Shown here piece after piece: positions 9,567-19,191 of a stretch of DNA of 64,000 nt (the first letter of the stretch is position 1; every line of letters starts with the position of its first letter). The stretch comes from an uncultured Armatimonadia bacterium (lineage in GTDB: Bacteria > Armatimonadota > Zipacnadia > CAVVLO01). The stretch covers positions 288,001 to 352,000 of the forward strand of contig CAVVLO010000003.1 of NCBI GenBank assembly GCA_963749155.1, in the 5' to 3' direction. Below the pieces are notes generated by a model that was not told the DNA's origin, searched no databases, and saw only the letters and a program-made list of their open reading frames with translations. Position numbers and translations under genes: made by a program.

Positions 9567-10948
9567 TTACAGAGAGCCAGAGGACCGCGCTGGATTCCCC
9601 AAACGGCGAGGTCAGAGCGCGTTTGGCGCCCCCTTCCACCGTCAGAGGGACGCGTTCGGTCGTCTGCGAGTTGAACCACTCCCCCGAGAGTGTTCCCGAG
9701 GCCGCCAAGAGGTCGAGTTCCAGGTTCGGGCCTTGCTCGAGATAGACGAGGTACTGCTTCCCCTCGACCGCGAGGCACCAGCCACTCGAAGCAAGCTGCG
9801 GCAGAGGCCGCGCCTTCTTCAGGTCAAGCTTCTCGACATACTCGCGCGCGTAGCCAAGGCTTTTGCGGATCGGCTCCCACTGCGGGTCGAAGGGCCTTCC
9901 CAGCACGAGGCCATCGTAAGGGTCCATAAATATGGGATTCAGCCCCGCACAGGCGCTCTTCCACACCCACGGCTCGTTGCCGCCGATGCCCCAGAGATGG
10001 TCAGTATCGTTCAAAATGACTTTCTTCCCGTCCGAGGCAGGCGGCTTGTCGCGGAATCCCCACTGGGCATTGGGCGAGACCCAGTCCGCGGGGCTATCGA
10101 AGAGCTGCTGGTTGGTGCCGCCCTGGAGGGGCGCATCGGCATATTGGAAAGTCATCCCCACCGGATGCTGCTTTGGACGCTTGGCCTCTTCGGCCTTGAT
10201 GAAGTTGATGAGATGGTACTGCCATTCGGTCGAGGAGAGTGGTGTCTCGTTGCTGATCTCCCACAGGAGGTTGTCGAGGTCGCCGACCGTCGCAATTGCC
10301 TTGCGGACATAGGCCTCCTGGATGGCCAGCACCTCGGGCATATCGAGGGTATGCGTCTCGGTGCCCACGCCGTCTCCATCCGGGTCGCCGTTGATGCCGT
10401 TGCTGTTGTTGGCTGATGTTGAAGGGATGACTGACCCATCCGGAGGGGTCCATAGTCGCGCCCCAGCCGCAGAAGAGCATCACCGACACGTAGATGCCCT
10501 CTCGCCCGGCCTCCTTCACCAGCTTGCGCAGACGATTGAAGTATTCCTCATCAAAGCGCGACAGGTCGAACTTCGGCTTCCCGTCGGCGGCCAGGCCAGG
10601 CCCAGTGCGCGGCCAGGGCTGAGAGGAAACCCAAAAAGGCTTTTCGCCCCACGGATGTACATTGGGCATATAACTGGCCTCGAACCGCCACAGTCTGATG
10701 AAGTTGTGGCCATAACCTTTCATCCACTTCAGGTAGGCAGTATGGTCGAAGGGGGGCGGTGGATCCGACGGCCCCATATCCTGCAGGTTGGACCAGGTGT
10801 GGGAGCCTGTCAGATAGACAGGATTGCCTTTGTCGTCCTGGAAGTAGCGCGGATTGTCCGGGCAGACAGTCAGCGGCCCGCGCGCCCGCGCGCCGAAGGC
10901 CAGTGTAGCCAAGACCATACAAAGGGCCAATACTAGCAATCTAGCCAC
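9562..10948 (-). CDS. Secreted TIM-barrel glycoside hydrolase-like protein (DUF6298/DUF4038-like), frame break near 10420
   Basis: Signal peptide, NPRYFQD, LTGSHTWSNLQD, HNFIRLW, LWEISNE, ILNDTDHLWG, EWFNSQT. Two ORFs join into one protein. Confidence 0.75.
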
Positions 10949-12320
10949 CGCTTTCCTCCGCTTCCAGCACTCCAGTTTTCAGCCAGGTAGCCAGGTCGTT
11001 TATCACTTCAATCGCCACGTGACTGGGTATTTTGTACTCGCTTGGGTTAGGAGCGCCCTCGCCAGTCATAAAAAGATGGTTGAGGCTCGGATACAGTTTG
11101 AAGGTGACGTTCTCGTGACCTTTTAGTGATACCTTCCAGTCTTCAAATTCAGGCACTGTCACCTGATAATCGCGTCCGCCCTGCAGCACCAGCAGTGGTT
11201 TTGTGATGGCCTTCACCGCCTCGGCAGGTACATAGCCGCGCAGGTCCAGCCAGTATGCAGCATGCGCCCCGCCCAGGTTCTCTGGATCATCCGGCGAGAG
11301 GTCTGGCGACTTTACCTTCGCGGCCAGCGCCTTCAGCTCGTCGATCGCCGCCTGCTCAGCCTCATCAATCGTCCCATCCAGGCCCAGGATGTATTCAGTC
11401 TGTTCTACCATCGCCTCTTCGAGCGGCCGGTTCGGCGCCGAGAGCGCAATATAGGCCTTCACCTCGGGCGTTACCGCGGCGATGCGCGGCATCAGCAGCG
11501 CGCCCAGGCTGTGACCCAGCACGAACACCTGCTGTGGATCGACCTCCGGCCGCGATTTTATCAGCGCCACCGCCGCCACGACGTCGTCGATGGTCTCTTC
11601 TTTCACTGTCAGAGTATGGCCGGCTTCCCCTGCAAGCTGGCTGTTATATGCCTTGGTGCGCTTCTCATACCGCAGCACCGCGATGCCCTGGCTTGCCAGC
11701 CCCCAGGCGATGTCTTTGAAGACCTTCTGCGGCCCGATGGACTCGTCCCGGTCGTTCGGGCCTGACCCGTGTACCAGCACCACAGCGGGGAACGGTCCCT
11801 CGCCTGCGGGTATCGTCAGCGTCCCGGGCAGCTTCCACTCGCCCTGCCCAACGGTTACGCCCTCTTCGGTGAATTTGCTCTCATCGGCGTAAGTGGGCGG
11901 CTCCCAGGGCGCGTTGGGCTTCCCAGGCTCGATGAAGAACCCCGCCACCTTGTTCTCCTTGTCGAAAACGAACTTCAGACCCGCCGTCTGGTCGGCGAAT
12001 TCGCATACCGCGATGACGATGAGATACTGCTGATAGGGCGCCGTGCCGTATTCGGCGATGCGCTGCAGCGCGCCGTACTGTGCCTCGATGGCCTCCCAGG
12101 TCTCTTTCAGCTTCTCGGCCGGCATCAGTGAGGCGACGGTCGGATCGAAGTGCGCAACCACTCCCTCATAGTCCCCTGCCTGAAGCAGCCCAATAAGCTG
12201 CTCTGCGAGCGCGACCTGAGGCGACTCGGCCGCGGTAGTTGGCACAAGCTCGGGCTCCTGCGCGCAGCCAGCCGTCATAAGCAAACCCGAGAGCAGCATT
12301 ATCAGGAAAGCGTTTTTCAC
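10941..12320 (-). CDS. Lipoprotein DUF3887 + alpha/beta hydrolase
   Basis: Lipobox TAGC, VLVHGSGPNDRDE, GHSLG nucleophile, QGGRDYQV, LNHLF. Confidence 0.88.
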   Translation of the reverse strand: MKNAFLIMLLSGLLMTAGCAQEPELVPTTAAESPQVALAEQLIGLLQAGDYEGVVAHFDPTVASLMPAEKLKETWEAIEAQYGALQRIAEYGTAPYQQYLIVIAVCEFADQTAGLKFVFDKENKVAGFFIEPGKPNAPWEPPTYADESKFTEEGVTVGQGEWKLPGTLTIPAGEGPFPAVVLVHGSGPNDRDESIGPQKVFKDIAWGLASQGIAVLRYEKRTKAYNSQLAGEAGHTLTVKEETIDDVVAAVALIKSRPEVDPQQVFVLGHSLGALLMPRIAAVTPEVKAYIALSAPNRPLEEAMVEQTEYILGLDGTIDEAEQAAIDELKALAAKVKSPDLSPDDPENLGGAHAAYWLDLRGYVPAEAVKAITKPLLVLQGGRDYQVTVPEFEDWKVSLKGHENVTFKLYPSLNHLFMTGEGAPNPSEYKIPSHVAIEVINDLATWLKTGVLEAEESGG

Positions 12321-12632
12321 AGTTGATATTCCCCCTTCAGACAACCTCTTGGGAGTCTCTTTCCCCGCAGACTGGGCTGCTCCTGCAGGAAACGTTTTTC
12401 TTAAGTCCGCCGAAGAGCAATCAAGCCAACCCCTATTATTGACAATCCCGATGGATAGACGGATTCAACGAAGAGGTTTGGACTCCAGAGCCTTCTCTTC
12501 GGGTAAACTTTTGCAACATTTGTTATAATTCTTGGTAACAATGCCCCCCCCCCCCGCAAAGTATGATATGGTTAAAGTGGTGACTCCGGAGTCGGATGCC
12601 TCACATCCTTGCCCCACCAGGAGACGAGAGCT

Positions 12633-12782
12633 ATGCGATGCACAAAAGCCCCACCGCACCGACTCACCCCGCTCTTGCTCGTGTTCGTGCTGCTCTGCCT
12701 CACCGCCATCCTGGACGCCTTCCTCTTCGACAACCGCCTTCGCCACTCTCAGCGCGCCCGCACCTGTTCAGGAGGCTGTTAG
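12633..12782 (+). CDS. 49-aa single-TM small protein (not in ORF track)
   Basis: AGGAG RBS; MRCTKAPPHRLTPLLLVFVLLCLTAILDAFLFDNRLRHSQRARTCSGGC; stops 3 bp before the next ATG. Confidence 0.5.
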   Translation: MRCTKAPPHRLTPLLLVFVLLCLTAILDAFLFDNRLRHSQRARTCSGGC

Positions 12783-12785
12783 CCT

Positions 12786-13400
12786 ATGAGACTCCGAATC
12801 GTGGCCTATGTCTTTTTCTTCGCCTTGTTAGCTGTTGGTCTGATGGTCGTACTGGCTTGGGCCGCCCAGCTCTCACTAAGGGGTACTGTCGACTACCAAT
12901 ACCTCACCCCGCCGGGGCGCAACGAGGCAGCGGTGCTCCCCGATGCGCCGAAGGACGGCAGGCTCGCTCTCCCAGGCCCGACCGCGTGCCAGTTCGCGAC
13001 TTATACGTCTTCGCATCAGTGGTGGCTAGACACGCTCTTGGGAGGCGGCGCCCCTCTGCTCGCAGCCCGGCCTGCCGTTCAGCCGTTGCGCTGCACAGCC
13101 TCCTATACGCGCGTCGGCCACTGTGGCTCGGAGTTCGCCGAGACCGAGGCCGGCCAACTGAGCTACGTCGTATTCCGCACCGACACCCGTGCCTCGCTCA
13201 CGCGGGTCGACATCGCCGACATCACGGCCACAGGCGTGGTGCGCACCGATCCGAAGCGCCATGGCGAGGCGGAGATCGACCTCGAAGCTATCGTCTGGGA
13301 CTTCGCGAAGGAGCCCTGGCCCCTACGCGCTGGGATCCTTCCTGCGCCCCTCGAACGCGCGCCGGCTGGCGCTGATCAGCAACGACGACGCGAGCCCTAA
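12786..13400 (+). CDS. Hypothetical membrane-anchored protein (may continue in the 13189-13899 frame after a frame break)
   Basis: GGAGG RBS, N-terminal TM helix, no recognised domain. Confidence 0.55.
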   Translation: MRLRIVAYVFFFALLAVGLMVVLAWAAQLSLRGTVDYQYLTPPGRNEAAVLPDAPKDGRLALPGPTACQFATYTSSHQWWLDTLLGGGAPLLAARPAVQPLRCTASYTRVGHCGSEFAETEAGQLSYVVFRTDTRASLTRVDIADITATGVVRTDPKRHGEAEIDLEAIVWDFAKEPWPLRAGILPAPLERAPAGADQQRRREP

Positions 13401-13795
13401 CGGCTTCCACTGGCGATCGGCCGAAGGGCGAGCCCCTCTCCTGCTGCACGATCATACATGGCAGGCTTCGGGTAGCCCCAAGCGCTGGGACGGCGCGCCT
13501 TACCAGTTGCTGCCGAACCAGCTCTACGCCGTCGGTGTGCTGCTTCACACGCGAGTCTCCTCGCTTCCGGTCCCGAGCCGATCTCGTCGCCGACTTCTCA
13601 GGCTCCTCGGAGGCAAGCCTGGCGGCGTGAGCGTCGGCGAGATAACCGATCCAATACGGGCCGCCGAGTTCTCCATCGCCCTACGAGTGAGCCGCACACC
13701 TCTCAGCCATTTGTTTGTCCGGTTTCGACAAACAAACGAGCCCGCTTGCCCTCAAGGGCAGCGAGCTCGCTTGGTAGATTCCAGGACAGTGGACC

Positions 13796-14368
13796 TTATT
13801 TACCCCGAGACCCGCCGGGGCGTCCCTGCCCTCCTGGCTTTGACGGCCGCGAAGAGGTCCGACCAGGGCCAGGACGACTCCCGCCCGGCCTTGCGCTAGG
13901 CCTGAAAGCAGGCTTGCGTGGAGCCGGAGCGGCATCGCCTTCGCGTGGCTCCCATTTGCGCGCAGGCCGCTCATCGGAGCGCGGAGCAGGCCTGTCATCG
14001 GACCTGCCGCCTTCTGAACGCCGCTCAAACGGCCTCGAGGGCCGGTCTCCCGACCTGCCGCCTTCGGTGCGCCGCTCATACGGGCGAGAGGGGCGGTCTG
14101 GCCTGCCAGCGGGCCGTCCGGCTGGCCTTGCGGGCCTGCTGCTCGGGCTGAAAGTCCTGCCCTCGGTTGGTGCAGACTGCTGCTGACCGCGTTCGGAGAG
14201 CAACTGCCCACCGATGGCGATGCTTTCGGCTGCGGCCTCGTGGATTACTACCGTGATGGCTTCCCTAGGATAACCCAGCGCCGTGTGCACGGCCTCGGTG
14301 AGTTTTTCTGCCAGAACGCGTTTGGCATCGGTACCAAGCCCGGTGCCTTCGTAGACAATAATGGGCAT
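13796..14368 (-). CDS. 4-oxalocrotonate tautomerase-family domain fused to a ~125-aa Arg/Pro/Gly/Ser-rich disordered tail
   Basis: AGGAGG RBS; MPII (catalytic Pro-1), AITVVIHE, IAIGGQLLSE; tail has repeated DRPSRP(Y/F)ERR(T/S)EGGRS. Confidence 0.8.
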   Translation of the reverse strand: MPIIVYEGTGLGTDAKRVLAEKLTEAVHTALGYPREAITVVIHEAAAESIAIGGQLLSERGQQQSAPTEGRTFSPSSRPARPAGRPAGRPDRPSRPYERRTEGGRSGDRPSRPFERRSEGGRSDDRPAPRSDERPARKWEPREGDAAPAPRKPAFRPSARPGGSRPGPGRTSSRPSKPGGQGRPGGSRGK

Positions 14369-14439
14369 ACAAGCCCCTCCTGATGTAACTTAGTGGAGAG
14401 AGTATACTCTCTTTTCTCCTCCAGCAGCAGGGGGCTGTG

Positions 14440-15783
14440 TTATTCCTCAAGTGCAGGCAGTTCGCCAATCCAGTTGGCGATGTCGGCGATGACCTCCTCG
14501 GGGATATTGCCGGGAATATCATACTCCTCGAGGCTCGAAGGACCCTCTCCAGGCAGGAAGAGATGATTGAGCGAGGGATAAAGCCTGGCCGCAAAGCCCT
14601 TGCTCTCCTCCAAAGCGGCTTTCCAGCGGTTGAATTCTTCTTGACTGACCTGCCAGTCGCGCTCGCCCTGCAGCACAAGCACCGGCCGGTTCAGAGCCTT
14701 GGCCTCCTCGGCTGGCTGGTAGCCGCGCAGGTCCAGCCAGTAGGGGGCATAGTTAGAAAATAGTGGTTGCCTGGCATCTGGCTTCAATTCTGGAGATTTT
14801 ATCTCGGCCACAATATCTGCGATGGCTGCCAAAGACTGCTTTTCAGCCTCATCCACTGTCCCATCCAGCTCGGTCAGATACTTGTTCTGCGCCGTTATGG
14901 CGTCCTCGAGTGGCCTGTCGACCCCCGCCATCACAATAAAACCGCGGATGGCGCCATCCTGGAGGCCAATCCGGGGCACGAGCATCCCACCCAGGCTGTG
15001 ACCCAAAACAAAAAGCCGCCTGGCGTCCAGCTCAGGACGGGTCCTGAGCAGCGCGACCGCGAGCAAGGCATCGTCAACGGTCTCTTCCTTCACCGTCAGA
15101 GTGCGCTCGACATCGCCAATTATCCGTCCCGCGCAGCAATAGGTGCGTTTGTCGTAGCGCAGCACGGCTATCCCGCGACAGGCAAGCCCCCAGGCGAGAT
15201 CTTTGAAGGGCTTGTTCGGGCCGATGGTCTCGTCCCTGTCATGCGCGCCTGAGCCATGCACCAGCACCACCGCAGGGAAAGGCCCCTCTCCCACCGGAAG
15301 CGTCAGCGTGCCTGGGAGTTGCCACTTCCCACTGCCGACGACTACTTCCTCTTCGCGGAATTTGCTCTCGTCCACATAGGCAGGCGTTTCCCAGGGCAGG
15401 GGCTCCTCCCCAGGTTGGAGCATAAGGCCGGCGACCTTCTCGTCGCTGGTGAAGAAGAAGCTGATGCGTACCATGGAGCGCTCAAAGAGGCTCTCAAAAC
15501 GCACTCCGGTTATTCCATCCTGCTGGGCCGTGGTTACTTCGCCTTTTTCTTGAAGCGGCCCGAAATCAGTCTCCAGGCCAATCCAGAGCGCCGTCAATCC
15601 ATCCACAGGCAGAAACTCTGCCATCTGCGCATCAAAATGGCTGGTCACCCCAGCGAAGTCATGCGCCACCAGCAGGTCAACGAGCTGCCCCGCAAGCTCA
15701 ACCGGCTCCGAGAAGGCGACCCCACAGAAAACGGCGCTAATAAGCACCAAAACAAACAAAAGACGCAAATTAGCCCACCTCAA
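14440..15783 (-). CDS. Secreted DUF3887 + alpha/beta hydrolase (paralog of 10941-12320)
   Basis: VLVHGSGAHDRDE, GHSLGG, QGERDWQV, LNHLF. Confidence 0.88.
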   Translation of the reverse strand: MRWANLRLLFVLVLISAVFCGVAFSEPVELAGQLVDLLVAHDFAGVTSHFDAQMAEFLPVDGLTALWIGLETDFGPLQEKGEVTTAQQDGITGVRFESLFERSMVRISFFFTSDEKVAGLMLQPGEEPLPWETPAYVDESKFREEEVVVGSGKWQLPGTLTLPVGEGPFPAVVLVHGSGAHDRDETIGPNKPFKDLAWGLACRGIAVLRYDKRTYCCAGRIIGDVERTLTVKEETVDDALLAVALLRTRPELDARRLFVLGHSLGGMLVPRIGLQDGAIRGFIVMAGVDRPLEDAITAQNKYLTELDGTVDEAEKQSLAAIADIVAEIKSPELKPDARQPLFSNYAPYWLDLRGYQPAEEAKALNRPVLVLQGERDWQVSQEEFNRWKAALEESKGFAARLYPSLNHLFLPGEGPSSLEEYDIPGNIPEEVIADIANWIGELPALEE

Positions 15784-17192
15784 TTAGGGAAGCTCCCTGG
15801 CGGACGAGCTTTGGCAAAGAGAAGGGCCTCTAGCCGTTCTTCCCCGCCTGCTTCAGCGAAGGGTGAATAAAAGCTGACCGCGGGCAAGGGATTGCCGTCC
15901 GGTCCCTGGCCGAGTGAAATCGAATCACAAAGGCACCGATAACCTGGCAGCGCCAGATGCACGCGCCTGTTTCCTGCCGCGTTCGTCCAACTGCGTAGCT
16001 TGAAGTAGTACTCTTCCAGGAAGCGCTCGCGCTCCGCTTGAGGCTTGGCGGCATAACCCGTAATCTCATCGTAACCTGCCTCGCAGACTGCCGAAGGGCC
16101 GCTTGCCCTGCCATAATTGTCTATCTCCAGTAGTATCGGCAAATCATGCGGAAGCTTTAGCAGGTGCTCGATCTCCTCTCCCCCCTGCCTTCCGCCTTCG
16201 GCCTTGAAGGGCGGCCCCATCCGCAATTCGAAGGGTGCCTCGGGCGAGTAGGAAAGCCGCGTGGGCCAGGTCAGATGCGTAAAAAGCGGCTTGCCTTGCC
16301 AATCGCGGGAATCGTAGATGTGGCTTGTGAGCGTTACAGCCTTGCGATAAGCCCTGGCGGTCGCCCACTTGCGCGCAAATTCGCACAGTGTAGCCAGCGC
16401 CGCGTTGTCTTTGTCGCGCGCGCCGGTCAGCATCGTCTGGCCAAACATCACGCCCTCGAAGCCGGCGTCCAGATATTCGGCAAGGAGATAGGCGTAGTAG
16501 AGCTGCGTCTCCAGCATCGTGATGTCAGGGACGCTTTGTTCGTGCTCGCGGTCAGCATACCAAAGACCGACCAGGTGCCTGGGCCAGTCGGGCGCATCCC
16601 GGTCAAACATCCCCTCATAGGAAAAATAGCCTGCCCCGTTTGGTCCAAAGCGTCGCTCAGCCTGTATGCCGAACTCTTCCATCAAAGTGAGCAGCCAGGG
16701 GGGGATCTCGGTTGAGTCCACCTGCTGCCGGCCGATGGCCTCCATAATCCCGCACTCGAAGAGCACATCCGCGCCCCAATCGCTGCCGTGGACTTGATCC
16801 ACAGCCCTTCTCAGCACGCGCCAATCATAGATTGTATATACGCGCACCCAGCCCAGGTCGGCCCAGTGGTTGAACTTGGCCCCTGTTGCGCGCAGATACT
16901 CCAGTCCGCGTTCTCCCCACACCTCGGGCTCGCGCGAATTGCCGCTCATATGGACGACCGCGCGGTCGAGGTAAGCCTCGAGCAGCGATTTGGTAAGCTG
17001 CTCCTGCCCCATAAATTGCAGCGGCCCAGACAGGTCGGCTGGATGGAGCGCCTGACGAGTAAGCGGCTTAAGCTCAGGCTGTGCGATTATGGAATCCGCG
17101 ATACGCAGAATCACGGGCGTCTCCTTCGCCGAGGCAAAACAGGCCAGCGCCAATATGGCCAGCGTTGTCCAGAGAGCTGTTTTATATAACAT
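15780..17192 (-). CDS. Secreted hypothetical protein (possible TIM barrel)
   Basis: 470-aa ORF with signal peptide, overlapping or abutting both neighbours; YLDAGFEGVMFGQ, LLEIDNYG, GYDEIT. Confidence 0.7.
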   Translation of the reverse strand: MLYKTALWTTLAILALACFASAKETPVILRIADSIIAQPELKPLTRQALHPADLSGPLQFMGQEQLTKSLLEAYLDRAVVHMSGNSREPEVWGERGLEYLRATGAKFNHWADLGWVRVYTIYDWRVLRRAVDQVHGSDWGADVLFECGIMEAIGRQQVDSTEIPPWLLTLMEEFGIQAERRFGPNGAGYFSYEGMFDRDAPDWPRHLVGLWYADREHEQSVPDITMLETQLYYAYLLAEYLDAGFEGVMFGQTMLTGARDKDNAALATLCEFARKWATARAYRKAVTLTSHIYDSRDWQGKPLFTHLTWPTRLSYSPEAPFELRMGPPFKAEGGRQGGEEIEHLLKLPHDLPILLEIDNYGRASGPSAVCEAGYDEITGYAAKPQAERERFLEEYYFKLRSWTNAAGNRRVHLALPGYRCLCDSISLGQGPDGNPLPAVSFYSPFAEAGGEERLEALLFAKARPPGSFPN

Positions 17193-17194
17193 AC

Positions 17195-17392
17195 TTAGTC
17201 CTTCTTGGGCTGCCTGTCACAGAGCAACTCTCCGCCCACGCCAATGCAGTCGGCGGTGTTCTCATGCATTATGACCACGAACGCAGGCGCGGGAATGCCC
17301 ATATTGCGGCTTGCCACTTCGGTAAGCTCCGCAACCAGCTTGCGTTTGGCCTCCTGCTCCATTTTTCCACCTTCAATAGTGATTATCGGCAT
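17195..17392 (-). CDS. 4-oxalocrotonate tautomerase family protein (DmpI-like)
   Basis: MPIITIEGG..KRKLVAELTE..FVVIMHEN..IGVGGELL, 65 aa. Confidence 0.9.
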   Translation of the reverse strand: MPIITIEGGKMEQEAKRKLVAELTEVASRNMGIPAPAFVVIMHENTADCIGVGGELLCDRQPKKD

Positions 17393-17407
17393 GTTGGCTC
17401 TTCTCCC

Positions 17408-18865
17408 TTACGCTAAAATCGCACTGAATCGGTCGGCCGAAGCTTCGGCGCGTTCGTCCACCGACCTTGGCACCTTATCATATATATAGAGCGCTTTCTG
17501 CCAGTATTCATTGCGTATGCGCGCTCTGTCGGGCTCGGGCCCCGCCAGCTCAAGAAACTTCCGTGCGAACCACAGCAAGTCCTGCCGGTATCTCTCGGCA
17601 TCTGGGAAGAGCGGCAGTTCGCAGCCTGAAACATCGGCCGCCTCCAGGCGCTCAACCAGTTCTCCATACGCTGCCTGCAGGGCAGGTTTGTCCCACTGTC
17701 TTCTTGGATAATGGCCCCATCCCTGCACGACCTCGAAGGCCTCGAAAAGTTCGCCAATCCGCTCATTTTCGGCACCGAAAACTTTGCCGCAGAACTCTCG
17801 CGACACCTGGTCGGGATCGGTCAGGGGCTCGTTGAACAACCTTCCTGACGCATACAAGGTCAGCAGATTGAGTTTCGGCGTCATCGTGTAGTTCATACCG
17901 CCGCTATATGGCGCTGCCGCAAGCTCCTCGCGCCTGCGCGCCGCAATCCGGGGCAGTCGCCAGTGGGGATAGCAAATCAATTCGCCCTCCGAGAGGGAAT
18001 AATCCCAGGTGGTAATCGGCCTCAGCTTTGCCACTTCTCTTGCCCAACCCCGGGCGTCGCCCCCCATCGTGGCATGACAATCAGGATCGAAGCCCAGATT
18101 GATGGCTACCTGGGTATCCTCCGGGAACTCCGGAAGTCGCTTCAAAAGGTACTCCATCGCAGTATTCGCGCGGTCGGGCTTGCCATTCCAGATATGCGCG
18201 GGGGTCTCTGGAGTCGAATACTTCGGGTCAATCAGCATCTCCCAACTGCCATCCCAGCCAGGAATATGCACCAGGTCGTCGCCCCAGCCACTGAAGGGAG
18301 TGCCCCAGGTGCCGACCTCAATTGCCGAAGAGGGGTTGAGTCGCTTTATGAGTGCTGACAAATCAAGAGCCAGGTCTACGAAGGTGCCAGCGTCACAGCC
18401 GTTGCGGTTGCAGCCGCCTGGGTCACCGGGGAAGATGCCGATGAGGTCTGTCCCCTCCAGTTCTCGTAGCCAATGGCTCCAGAGGGCGAAGATGGCCTCT
18501 CGGTCCTCTTTCACCTTGGGGCAGGGGAAATACCATTCCGCCCCCATCACGCCAGGGCTTGCGATGAGCTTGGTCTTCAGACCGACTTCATGCGCCAGCT
18601 CGTTCACCAGCCGCATACGCTCGGTCATCGCGCCCCAGACGCCCTCGCCCGAGAGCGCCCGCTTGTCGAAGAAGGTTGGCGCCAGCCAGTATTCGAAATG
18701 GGAATAGCCAAAAGCCGCAAGCTCCCTTAAAAAAGCGCGCCAGTCTTCCTTACTCCATTGGCAGGGCCCCTCTGGGAAGAGCACATTGGCGTTCCAGTGG
18801 TTGAGCAGATGCTCGGCAAAGTTGACATAACACGCTCGATGGCTGAAAACAGGCTCAGAGGCCAT
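17408..18865 (-). CDS. Hypothetical cytoplasmic protein, possible glycoside hydrolase-like TIM barrel
   Basis: Long ORF with WSKEDWRAFL..GYSHFEYW and IFPGDPGGCNRNGC; first gene of a tight minus-strand run. Confidence 0.7.
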   Translation of the reverse strand: MASEPVFSHRACYVNFAEHLLNHWNANVLFPEGPCQWSKEDWRAFLRELAAFGYSHFEYWLAPTFFDKRALSGEGVWGAMTERMRLVNELAHEVGLKTKLIASPGVMGAEWYFPCPKVKEDREAIFALWSHWLRELEGTDLIGIFPGDPGGCNRNGCDAGTFVDLALDLSALIKRLNPSSAIEVGTWGTPFSGWGDDLVHIPGWDGSWEMLIDPKYSTPETPAHIWNGKPDRANTAMEYLLKRLPEFPEDTQVAINLGFDPDCHATMGGDARGWAREVAKLRPITTWDYSLSEGELICYPHWRLPRIAARRREELAAAPYSGGMNYTMTPKLNLLTLYASGRLFNEPLTDPDQVSREFCGKVFGAENERIGELFEAFEVVQGWGHYPRRQWDKPALQAAYGELVERLEAADVSGCELPLFPDAERYRQDLLWFARKFLELAGPEPDRARIRNEYWQKALYIYDKVPRSVDERAEASADRFSAILA

Positions 18866-19039
18866 CTCCATCCCTCCCAAACTCGTCTGCCAGTATTGCA
18901 CTCGCTGCCGGATAATCCTGCGAAAGAAACGCAGAACCTAATGTTTTGGCGCTATTTGTTGGTCCTTTGGTCCAAAAACGAAACTTCTGCGCACATTTTT
19001 CGTCTGACAGGTAAGGGGGGATGCAAGGAGGTATACCAA

Positions 19040-19132
19040 ATGACACTCAGCGCGCGGATAGGACCAACGCTTTCTTACAGCGCCATCTTCATCGGCTTCA
19101 CGTTAATCTTCTACGGGCTCACCCGTATCTAG
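19040..19132 (+). CDS. 30-aa single-TM small protein
   Basis: AAGGAGGT RBS 7 nt before ATG; MTLSARIGPTLSYSAIFIGFTLIFYGLTRI. Confidence 0.5.
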   Translation: MTLSARIGPTLSYSAIFIGFTLIFYGLTRI

Positions 19133-19191
19133 TATGGGCTCACCCATCTGAGGCATTATGCTGGACTACTCGACTGCCAGTTATTTTTTAA

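Noticed and set aside
12345..12435. Glycine or c-di-AMP riboswitch (CGCCGAAGAGCAA)
   Set aside because: Only a short fragment matches and the other conserved aptamer segments are not visible. An Rfam scan would settle it.
19040..19132. PetL-like cytochrome b6f subunit
   Set aside because: Resemblance is only that of a short hydrophobic helix, with no supporting context.
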